A DNA stretch of 64,000 bases, from NCBI RefSeq assembly GCF_009914755.1, contig NC_060927.1. One strand, 5' to 3'. The notes beneath the pieces were generated by a model that saw nothing but the letters and a program-made list of their open reading frames with translations, did no database searches and was not told where the DNA came from. The position numbers and the translations under genes were made by a program. The DNA comes from the human T2T-CHM13v2.0 reference genome, Homo sapiens. Of the stretch, positions 44,116 to 56,129 are shown piece by piece; within the stretch, counting starts at the first letter, position 1, and the number at the start of each line of letters is the position of its first letter.

Positions 44116-45292
44116 TATGTGCCAGGTGGTCAGAAACCACCCAGTGTCGCTGCAGAGCTTGGTTCATTATGTGCTTTTTTTGGTGGAGCTGGGTGTGTAT
44201 TATCCATAGCTTTTTGCACATTCTCCAGGGGGCCAGAGCTGATGGAAAACCATTCAGGGTTTGGAGCAGGGATGAGAGGTGATGAGCAGTCCCTGGAGGC
44301 AGGATCTCGGTCCAGGAGCAGACCATGTGGAGCATGCCTGGGGATTAGGACTCCCCCCGCCCCAGGCGGGGCATGGGTGTGCCTCCTTCTAGGGTCGGGT
44401 GGAGGGTGTGTGGAGCGCCAGGTGGGGAGGGTGGTGATCTCAGCCTTGGCCGTGGGCAGCCTCATTTCTCATCGCTCCCACCCTGGGAGTGTTTCCTCTT
44501 TGCAGAGGAGTAACTTGTGGGGAAGGAAAATACCAGCTCCCTTCAATGCCAAAAGCAACATTTTCTTTCTCAAAGGTTGATTAAAAGTCACGGACATTAA
44601 TCTTTGTAATTTTTCACGTGCTTATGTTGGTAATGAGATTAGTGATTGTGTATGTAGGGTCAGCTCTTACCTAAAATTTAGGGAGCTTTTTATTCATTTC
44701 TTGTTTTTTCTTTTTTTTAGGGAGGAGAGGGAAGGGAGGGGAGAAAACCCTGGCTGTTCCACTTGAAAGATTATTTTTCCCAGGGTTTTCATGAGCTCAC
44801 CCTGTTGAAGGAAGGCCCAGTGACCAGTGAGCGTGTGAGGAGCATGGGGCACCTGGTACCCTAAGCCCCACCTGCGGCCTACAGCTTGGTCTGTACTTCA
44901 CGTGTAGGGCTTGCCCTGGACCTGCTGTCTCCCTCCTCCTCCTTGGGGTCTCACACCACCCACCTGTGTCATCAGCCTCACCTGTTCAACAGAAAGGACC
45001 ACAGACCTCTCCTCATCCTCCTGGCCCGGTAGCCCTTTCCTCGCAGCCAAGCTTCTGGTCTTTTGCACATCGTGCTATTATTAAGACATTTGCCCGCGAG
45101 GAAATGAAGGCAACTGTAGTTTTCAAGATTGAAGCCAACTTGATTACTTTGCTCTGATAATTTGTGAGTTTCGAATCATTTCCCTTCCTTCCGTTTCTCC
45201 TGCCAACACCTTCTCTGGCTTTTGTTTCCTTTTTCTGGATTACTGCAATGGTTCTTTTTTATTTTCTTTAAAAAGTCTCTCTTTCTCTCTCT

Positions 45293-45423
45293 GTCTTTTA
45301 GATACGGGGTTTTGCTCTGTCACCCAGGCTGGAGTGCAGTGGTGTGATTATAGCTCAATGCAGCCTCCAACTCCTGGGCTCCAGTAATCCTCCCGCCTCA
45401 GCCTCCCAAGTAGCTAGATACAG
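45293..45423 (-). mobile_element. Alu monomer/fragment
   Basis: gctctgtcacccaggctggagtgcagtgg...cctcccaagtagct. Confidence 0.85.
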
Positions 45424-45929
45424 AGTCTCTTTGAAGGGAAAAAAAAACAAACATACAAAAGAGTACCTAAAAGTCGGTGTAGGGTGGTAGAGGAAATTCT
45501 TGGATAACCACCACCTGGGCAAAGCAAGAGGATACTGCCCGCCCCCATAGGTCCTCTGATTTCCCTTACTGGCCACTAGACTTTGATGGTGACAACTCCT
45601 GCTTGACTTTCTAGTTCTGGTTCCTACATTTGCAGTCCCTAAATGATGTAGCTTAGATTTCACCAGGTTTTGTACTTTATGACTGGAATCTGTCCCAGAT
45701 TTCTCGAAAGGGGTGTCTACAGTCTGTTCTTGAATTCCCAGTGTGCTGTGACCTAGTGGTGGCCCTGCCACCCTGTTGGGACAACATCCACTAAATGTAC
45801 CAGATGTTTTGCTGAGGTCCCTGGGCCCCGGATTCAGTGACTGACTGATCGCCCTCTCCTTGGCATCTCTTCTTCCTTGATGTGTGTCCCCACCCCCCCG
45901 CCACCTCTATCATTTTTCTTTGTGCTGCT

Positions 45930-46490
45930 CACTTCCCAGCGACCACTCTCTTCCTCCTTCCCTGCATGCCGGCTGCAGTGTGTCAGGCTGGTTTCTGCCT
46001 CAGGGCTTTTGCACATACTGTTAGTGCTGCTTAGGATACCATTCCCCAGATCTTTGCATGGCCACCACATTTTTGCATGATATCAGCAAGTAGGTTGCCT
46101 CCTAGGCCTCCTTGTCTGACCATTCTTGCCAAAGGAGCATGCGGTCTGTCTCTGTCACAACGCCCTTATCTCTTCCCCCCATCAGAACATTGGCTGCATG
46201 CGGGTAGGACTTTCTTTCATCTTGTTCGCTGCCATATCCCAGCACCTGCAGTGGGCTGGCCGGTAGCAACTGTTTGATGAATAGCTGCAAAGTAAAGGAC
46301 TCTAGCTCAACTTTCTCGGCCAGACAGACCTGTTCAAATCCCCACACCTTTTACTACTTATGTGGCCTTGGACAGATCATTTACTCTGTCTGGGCCTCAG
46401 TTTCCTCATTTGTAGGTATTAAATGGTTAAGGAAAATAAATATCCCTGGAAACTCACAGTCCAGTGATTGGCATTGTGTTGGCACTGAGG
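45930..46490 (+). mobile_element. L2 3' end followed by MIR
   Basis: ctgcctcagggcttttgcacat...atatcccagcacctg...; ttcaaatccc...gcctcagtttcctcatttgt. Confidence 0.7.
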
Positions 46491-46789
46491 AAGTGATAGT
46501 TAGACACGAACTTGATTAACAGCTAAAATCCCTACTTGATGCTTTGTGCCAAGAGCAAGTTTATTTTTCCCAGTGAACTAGATGACTTCCTCTTATCAGA
46601 GAAGGAGCACCGGGTCACCCTCTAATTTCCCTTTTGGCTTTGGCTGCCAGGAAGCATACTGCTAAGGGGAGGTCTCAGGAGCAGCCCTTATTTCCTGTCC
46701 ATCTTCAGTGCAGTTCTTCTTCCCTTTCTTCTCCCTGTTCTTTGGTTATTTACGTTTGGCTCTACAGTGCACATTTGTGATTATTGTCC

Positions 46790-47580
<791 letters not shown>

Positions 47581-47714
47581 AAAATTACTTTCTGGGCCTC
47601 AGGTGGTCTCAGGCCCACTAATAAATTAAGGGTAGATTTTTGGACAGTTTCTAGGATCAGGCTGTCTTCCCTGCCTCTGCCTGGTGTGTGGCTGTGTGTC
47701 TGTGCTCAGTAAAC

Positions 47715-48114
47715 TCCATGGCCACTGTGGGTGCCCACCCAGGTCTCTCACCTGGAGGTGCACATGTCTCCCAGCGGCCACAGGTGCTGGCTGCTGATGG
47801 CTCACACCTGTGCCTTCTCCAGCTGCCTGCCCTTTGCTGGCAGGTGTCACTTCCCCGTGAAGTGCCTGGGAGGTCACTCTCCATGGTCTTTGGCCAGTGA
47901 CTGACATGCCTCTGAGTGGGATGCACCCGGGGTGCCCCCCACACTGCATGGCTTCTCGTGGGTCACTGGACTCCAGCTGAGATGCAGTCTTGCCCAGCTC
48001 CCCCTGGCTCTGCCTGCTTTCCTTTGCCCTTCTCCTGAGCGCTCTCCCCCGACAGACCATGCCCTCAAGCGTCCCTGCCTCGGACTCTGCTTCTGGGGAG
48101 CCCCGTCTGAGACA
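47715..48114 (+). mobile_element. LTR16-like ERVL LTR
   Basis: gtgctggctgctgatggctcacacctg...ctcggactctgcttctggggagccccgtctgagaca. Confidence 0.7.
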
Positions 48115-49947
48115 GTGCGCAGCTCACATATCCCTCTGAGCACTATGGGTCTTGCATTACTGTGGGCGTTGGGTTGGATTCTGATGCAGCTGACCTACTG
48201 AGGCCAACTACACCATGTGGCTAGAGGTGGTCTCCTTGGAAGAGGGTGAGAACTCCCAGCATCTATCACATATAGAAGAGGCAGGTCCTAACCCAGGAAA
48301 CCAAGCTATTCTGGAGGCGACCCTGGGGCGGGGTGGTTGGAGGGGCAGGAGCTCCCACCTCATCCAGGCCTCTCTCCTCCTGGTGTGGACAAGAGACGCT
48401 CAGGCCTTGGAGTGTTCAGGCTGGTAGAGATGACTCAGGAAGCCCAACGATGCCAATGGGAAGGGAGTGTGCATCCAAATTAGCCCAGGGAAGCCCTGTT
48501 GCTGGGCCCCACAGCTTCAGTGTCAAGTGTCCTGACATTAAATGTTATCATTTTAAACTAATTATCAATGAGTAATATTGGCAGCTAATTTATAAAGCAC
48601 CATGTGGGCCCCACAAACACATCTGTGTGTGAACAGGCTGGGTGGCTGGTTTGTGCCTGCTCTCTGCTTGGACTTGGGCCCGGGGGCAGCCGTGTGGGCA
48701 CAGCCAGCGGGCCAGGTGGTACTGATTATGGGTTTCTTTGTCACTGTCTTGTCTGTGAGTGTCTTGTGTGTTTATTTCCCTGCTGCCATCCCCAGCAGTC
48801 CCAGTTTGCAAGTCCCAGTGTTTTGATATAGCTGCTTATTATTTTTTTAAAAGAGATCCCCTGCAAATATTTAAAAAATTTTAAAGCCATACTGGCGCCA
48901 ACCTGAGACTTTGTTCTTATCTACAGTTGCCTCATCAAATGGAGGTTGCCCAGTTAAGTTGGAATTTCAGATAAGTGACAGATGTGTGCCAAATACTGTA
49001 CAGGACATCCTTAAATGCTAGACAGTTCTCCATCATTTCTCTGAGATGCCTGTGCACATCCCAGATCTGTATTTGCTGGATCTCATCAGAGCCAGAAGGG
49101 TCAGAACTGGAGGTGGGAAGACCTTTCCTTCCTGATCCAGTGTCATATCCTGTGGCCTGTGTGCTCACTAAGGTGGGACCCCCCCACCTTTCCACAGTGG
49201 CAGCACTGGGGATGTCCCCCTAGGTGGCCTTGACCTTCCAGTGTCCTCGCCAGCCCAGAGAGGTTTCATCTGGGGCCTGCTGTGGATGAATGTGAAGGTT
49301 AATTTATCAAAGGAGGCAGTGTTGCTTTACTATAGGATGCGTGTTTGTTTTTGTGGTAGGTTGGGGCCCAGCCCTATCAGGACAGCAGAGCGAGGAGCTT
49401 GTGGCCAGGTGAGAGAGGCAGCTGGGGCCTGAGCCACATCCTGAGGCACTTCTGACTCTGATGTGCCGGAGCCCTCCCTCCCCATCCTGCCTGCCCCAGG
49501 TGCCTTGTGAGGAGTGGGCAGGTCTCTAGGAGACTCACACTGTGTGCTGAGTCACCTGTCCCTGCTGGACACTCCCTGGGGAGACCCTGGCTGAATGTCT
49601 CTCCGCCCCCACATTGCCCTGTGCACGTTCAAGTGATGGCCCTGAGTACGTAACCCCAGGTGTGAACCCTGCTGCCACTTTAGAATACCCTGGTCCCCCC
49701 ACCCACAGCAGGGATTTGATCAACAAAGACCAAAGCTGTGATAGCCCCACCTGCCGCTGGTCCTGTCTGGAGCCTGCTCTTGTGTCTCCACTCCGGTGGC
49801 AAAGCCTTGCTCACAGTGCTGGATGCACTCCCAGATGCTAAGTGCTGAGTGCCACTTCATGGTGGCTTGACGTCCTCATTGTCACCTAAATGTCCATTGT
49901 CATTTTGGCTCTTCCTGTGAAGAATGGGCCGCCAAATACAGAGGAAT

Positions 49948-50063
49948 GGCTAGGCGCAGAGGCTCACGCTTGTGATCCCAGCACTTTGGGAGGCCGAGAC
50001 AGGGTGATTGCTTGAGGCTAGGAGTTTGAGACCAGTCTGGGCAGCAGAGCAAGATCCTGTCTC
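49948..50063 (+). mobile_element. Alu left monomer (FLAM-like)
   Basis: ggctaggcgcagaggctcacgcttgtgatcccagcactttgggagg. Confidence 0.85.
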
Positions 50064-51772
50064 CTGCCTATTTTTTAATGCCGTGATATATGTTACGCAC
50101 ATGATACGTAAAGCGTTCATCTTTTAAAAATGCCAGCAGTTGCCAACCCTCACCCCTCCTAGGGTTGCAGCCTGAGGCCAGCCTGGACAGTGACTGGCCC
50201 GGTGGCCTCCACCTGCCAACCTTTCCTGTCCCCAGATGGCAGCCCGGTGACCACCAGGGGCCATATGGACCTGGTACAGACGTCTCTGAGTCGCACACTG
50301 GGCGTCAGAAGCACAGGGCCATGGAGTGCATGTGCTGAATTCTCACATGGGTACTGCCTTGCAAAGAGGCTGCTCCAGGTGACACTTCGGCCAGTGGCAT
50401 AAGAATGATAATAATACCACTATCCTAGTGTTTGCCTTCCTGATGGGTGCAAGGGAGAGGCTGCAGTGGTTTTACTTTGTATCTTGTTGTTTCTTGCGTC
50501 CCCACCCGGGAGGGCTGGCTTGGTGCAGTGTGACTGCCTGGCTGGCCACCGCAGCCAGTCCCAGGGGCTTTGTTTGCTGGCCAGGCTCTGACTGCTGGGA
50601 CTGTCCCCCCGCAGGGAGGTCAGGCCTCCTTCCCCACCCCATCTCCAGGGGCTTCTTTTTTCAGGTTGCTGAGGGGTGGGAGCTGTCTGCAGAAGCCGGG
50701 GTTGTGGGAAAACTGAGCTGGAGCTCCCAGGAGGGGCATGTTTGATTCTGTGACCCTGCAGTGTAGAGACTGTGCCCTCCTGCTTCTCTCTTGTACGAGT
50801 GTCCCCAGCCCTGCTTGCTTATCTCTGGCGATAGATAGGGAGCTCACTCCTTCCCAGCAGCCTGGTCAGTCCCTGCCCTGGAGGGAGTGTTCTCCACTTG
50901 GAGCTGACATCTGCCATCTCCTCCATGCCCCCACCTCCCGCCCCACACATACACGCCCCATTGGGAGCAGCTGTGGAGATGTGAGGACAGTGAGGTCTGC
51001 TATTCTCCCAGGTGAGCCACCCCAAGGGGCCTGGGCCCCCTCACCACGTGGGCCACTCCCTCTCGACACATCCCAGATGGTCCTTTCCCCTCCTGAGTGG
51101 ACATACAACCATCAGACAGCACCAGGATACTCTGAGCTGCATGCATTTGGCGGGGCCCAGACGACTTGGGGAACCTGGGAGCTCACACCCCATGTGACAT
51201 CTCAGGGTGGCCAGAGCTCTGTGGCTTGAAACAGGAGTTGGAAACCTGAATTTTTATGTGAACGTTTTCAATTTATGCATGCTGGTAACCAATTTAAAAT
51301 GAGAAACCCACTGTGTGAGCCAAACGAAAGCACTTATGGGCCAGATAATGCTGGTGGGCCCCCGACTATGACCTGAGGTATGGTGGAACACGTTCACTGG
51401 GTGGATGCAGAACCAGGGCTCAGAGAGGGCCAGGGCCGTGCCTGGGGTTGCGCAGCAAATGTGGAAAATGCAGAGTCAGGCTTGGGCCTGATGTTCTTTA
51501 TCATTGCCCTGGGCCTGGAGTGGGGAGATGGGCAAGCCTGAGGTTTGGGATTGCTTAAGCATGGACAGAATGTGATGCTGGGGGCCTGGGGGGCCAAGGG
51601 GCCAGGTCACCCTGGGGGCTGTGCCGGTGAGCAGAGCAAGGGGATGGACTTGGTGGACCGGGTGGTGGGGCAGGGTGGGCTGGGAAGGAAGTTCTTCTGG
51701 AAGAAGTTCTAGGACAGCCCTGTGTCCTGTGGCTGGGGTACTGTCCTCTCAGGACACAACGTTCATGCCTAG

Positions 51773-52445
<673 letters not shown>

Positions 52446-52699
52446 ACTGTTGAGAGTGGACCTGAGGGCCTCTCCCTTGCAGTCTGGAGGGTCCTTGCTT
52501 TTGCTGACTGGGAGTAAAGGCCCTGATTCTCCCAGGGGCCCATTCCTAATGTCAGTGGCTTTACGGAGTCCTCCAGCTTCCTGAGGTGGCACCTCAGTGT
52601 GAGGGCAGGGGCGTCAGCCCTCAAGGCCCCAGAGGCTCCCTAGCACTCCGCCGGCCCTGAGCCTGGTCTGGGCATGGGCTTCCATCTCCCTGCCCGTCC

Positions 52700-53400
52700 A
52701 TGGCCCTCCACCGCAGCCTTCCCTGCCTCGGTCACACAACTCCCCCTTCCAGGCGCTCCTGGACTTCTGTCTTCTGTCCGCTGCATCCTATCCATCAGCA
52801 AATCCTGTGGGTCCTACCTTCAAAATAGATCCCCTGTGCCACCATCTCCTGCCTCTCTTCGCTCACTGCCCTGGGCTCTCTCACCTGCTCCCTGCTGGCT
52901 CCCGTGTCTCAGCGCAGTGGGCAGCTGGGTGGGTCCCTTGCACTGGAGAGTCCCAGGCTCCAGCGCTTGCAGGCATGCCCAGAGGCCCTCACAGCAGGCT
53001 GGAAGCCCATTGCTCCGCAGTTACCACCCGTGTGCTGATGTGGCTCAGCCCTGGGGGCCCTCTCTGTCCTTCACCTTTCTGCTGCTGGTCCGGCCTCAGC
53101 CCCTTGGCCCTGCCACTCCCTGCCTGACGCCCTCCTCAGAAGCCCTCCTCTTCCGCCGGACTGACACGGGCTCCCCTGACACTGCCACGTCCTCCTTCCG
53201 TCTCCTTGATTCCCTTCATTTATTTCACCATGGGGCTCATGCCTGCCTGGCGTTCAGTTCTCTACAGATTTGCTCTTGGGTTTATTATCTGCCCCTCCAC
53301 CCCTGAGGGTGTCAGTGCTGTGAGGACGCTGGGAACCTGTCTTGCTGGCTGATAAACCCCTGGTTCCTAGAGGGGCTGGGTGCAGAGGAGGCGTTCCTTT
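52700..53400 (+). mobile_element. L2 fragment
   Basis: atccatcagcaaatcctgtgggtcctaccttcaaaatagatcc. Confidence 0.7.
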
Positions 53401-53599
53401 AGAAATGGGGCAGGCTTGGGGACCACTGCTGTGGTAACGAGTCCTGCTGTCCCTCTGTCACTGCCCTATGGGGCTGCGCTTTAGGCTGGGAGTCGGAGAA
53501 GGAGCTTTTGCCTGTGACTTTGGGGAGCACGCTGTCTATAAGAGGCAGGTACGGCCACTGGGTCACAAGTGGGGCTACAGGCACTGGGGACTTGGGCCA

Positions 53600-54070
53600 G
53601 GGTGGAGGAGGGAGGAGGCATGAGGACTGGTGAGAAGGTGGCATTTGAGTGGCTTGTGCAAGATGAGAGGGGAGAAGAGCCCTTGGGGGAGTTCAGGCCT
53701 AAGGGCCTGTGGGAGGGTCGGGTTGGGATGGCTCCTGCAGGGCCTTGAGTGCCAGGCTCAGCTGGGAATCCAGACCTTTCCTTTCTGGCCATGGGAAACT
53801 GGGGCGGGCTGTGGGGCCGTGGCATGTCGGGGCCAGCTGCTCTCAGGCCAGACTGGGTTCCCTGGGAAAGGGGAGGAGTGGTGGGCAGGGAGGTGGCGGG
53901 GCTGTTCCAGTGGAGATCAGAGCTGAGACTGGAGTGGGGACAGGGCCTAGAGATGGAAGGAAGGGGTAGAGACCGTGGGGAGGGAGTGGAGACAGATTGC
54001 GGGGAGAATGGACATGACTGGGGGAGTTGGTGGGGTGTTAGGGACAGCAAGGCATCAGGATGCATTTGCC
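53600..54070 (-). mobile_element. L2 fragment
   Basis: gagaaggtggcatttgagt...gcagggccttgagtgccaggct...ggccatgggaaactgg. Confidence 0.6.
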
Positions 54071-54234
54071 AGTGCTACTGGGGAGGGGGACAGGAGCGTC
54101 CCCTGGGGCTAAGCCTGCAGTCCCGAGGGTCTCAGAGGTGTGTTCCTGAGTCCTAGGGTCTGCGGGCTGGGGCTGTAGGGGGCGTCTTGTTCTTGCCTAG
54201 CATTTCCCCACTGACTGTATTTTCTGGCCAGCAG

Positions 54235-54745
54235 CTGTGGTGCGTGGCTGGGGACTGAGTCAAGGATCTGGGGGGAGGGATTGGTCGGGTGTGTGCGTGG
54301 GACTGTGCGTGTGAGACCGCCCAGGGTGTGTACTGGCACGTGGGCATGCTGTGGGTGAGACAGCGTGTGTAACTGCATAGAGGATTATGGGGCATATTGC
54401 CTGACGTGCCCTGGTGAGTGTGACCGAGTGGGTGTGGGGCTGTGCATGTGTGTGTGTGGGCACGAGGGCTCACTCAGAGGACCTGCCTCAGAATGCAGGT
54501 GAGGATGGAGGATGGAGTGGCCCAGCAAACACGTGTGGGGCTGTCAGCGACTCCAGGTCAACACCTGTGGCGCCCAGCGACTAGACACTCACCTGTGTGT
54601 GATCTGACCCATGTGTGGCGGAGCCTGTGTGTGTGTGTGAGGCAGTGCTTAGTGTGCTCCTGGGGATGAGCGCATGCGTGTGAGGTGGCTGAGGCTGGGC
54701 CCCTGCCCGCGTGCGTGCCGGTGTGCACCGTGTCTGTGTGTGCAC
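54235..54745. repeat. TG-rich low-complexity tract upstream of exon 2
   Basis: Many tgtgtg/tgcgtg runs. Confidence 0.75.
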
Positions 54746-54782
54746 ACCCAGTACTGACAGGCTTCCTTTCTGATTCCCCCAG

Positions 54783-54823
54783 GGTCTTACAGGAGAGGGG
54801 ACCGTCCTGGGCTGGCCTGGACC
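54783..54823 (+). other. FBLN2: 5' UTR part of FBLN2 exon 2 (41 nt)
   Basis: Lies between the acceptor TTCCCCCAG|G and the strong Kozak start GGACCATGG. Confidence 0.85.
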
Positions 54824-56129
54824 ATGGTGCTGCTCTGGGAGCCTGCAGGAGCCTGGCTTGCTCTGGGCCTGGCCCTGGCCCTGGGCCCCAGCGTGGCCGC
54901 AGCTGCCCCTCGGCAGGACTGCACGGGCGTGGAGTGCCCGCCGCTGGAGAACTGCATTGAGGAGGCGCTGGAGCCGGGTGCCTGCTGTGCCACGTGTGTG
55001 CAGCAGGGCTGCGCCTGCGAGGGCTACCAGTACTATGACTGCCTACAGGGTGGCTTCGTGCGCGGCCGCGTGCCCGCCGGTCAGTCCTATTTTGTGGACT
55101 TCGGGAGCACTGAGTGCTCCTGCCCACCAGGCGGCGGCAAGATCAGCTGCCAGTTCATGCTGTGCCCGGAGCTGCCGCCCAACTGCATCGAGGCTGTAGT
55201 GGTGGCTGACAGCTGCCCACAGTGCGGCCAGGTGGGCTGCGTCCACGCGGGCCACAAGTACGCCGCTGGCCACACTGTTCACCTGCCGCCCTGCCGGGCC
55301 TGCCACTGCCCTGACGCCGGTGGAGAGCTCATCTGCTACCAGCTCCCCGGTTGCCACGGGAACTTCTCAGATGCCGAGGAGGGTGACCCCGAGCGACACT
55401 ACGAAGACCCCTACAGCTATGACCAGGAGGTGGCCGAGGTGGAAGCAGCAACAGCCCTGGGGGGTGAGGTCCAGGCGGGTGCAGTCCAGGCAGGCGCAGG
55501 GGGCCCCCCAGCTGCTCTGGGAGGTGGGAGTCAGCCACTGTCCACCATCCAGGCACCCCCCTGGCCAGCTGTCCTCCCCAGGCCCACAGCGGCTGCTGCC
55601 CTGGGTCCCCCAGCCCCAGTGCAGGCCAAAGCTAGGAGAGTGACCGAGGACAGTGAGGAGGAAGAAGAGGAGGAGGAGGAGAGAGAGGAAATGGCTGTCA
55701 CTGAGCAGCTGGCAGCAGGTGGCCACAGGGGGCTGGATGGGCTGCCCACTACAGCCCCAGCTGGACCCAGTCTTCCTATCCAGGAGGAGAGGGCAGAAGC
55801 TGGGGCAAGGGCAGAAGCTGGGGCAAGGCCTGAAGAGAACCTCATCCTGGATGCCCAAGCCACGTCCCGCAGCACTGGGCCGGAGGGCGTGACGCATGCA
55901 CCGAGCCTGGGCAAGGCTGCTCTCGTCCCAACTCAGGCCGTGCCTGGCTCTCCCAGGGACCCAGTCAAGCCCAGCCCCCACAACATCCTGTCCACATCAC
56001 TGCCTGATGCAGCCTGGATCCCACCCACCCGAGAAGTGCCCAGGAAGCCGCAAGTTCTGCCCCATTCCCACGTGGAGGAGGACACAGACCCCAACTCTGT
56101 CCATTCTATCCCCAGAAGTAGCCCTGAAG
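54824..56129 (+). CDS. FBLN2: Fibulin-2, first coding exon (codons 1-435 plus 1 nt): signal peptide, Cys-rich Na subdomain, Cys-free acidic/Pro-rich Nb subdomain; CDS continues beyond the window
   Basis: Translation MVLLWEPAGAWLALGLALALGPSVAAAAPRQDCTGVECPPLENC... is recognisable human fibulin-2; phase-1 donor GAAG|GTAAGA with GT at 56130-56131. Confidence 0.97.
55655..55690 (+). repeat. Coding (GAG/GAA)n tract encoding poly-Glu
   Basis: gaggaggaagaagaggaggaggaggagagagaggaa = EEEEEEEEEREE. Confidence 0.95.

Noticed and set aside
53468-53548. ATG-initiated 27-codon stretch ending at CAG|GTACGG as an alternative coding first exon
   Set aside because: Phase 0, so out of frame with exon 2, which needs phase 1; no independent support.
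55367-55981. 204-aa antisense ORF in exon 2
   Set aside because: Shadow of GC-rich sense coding sequence.
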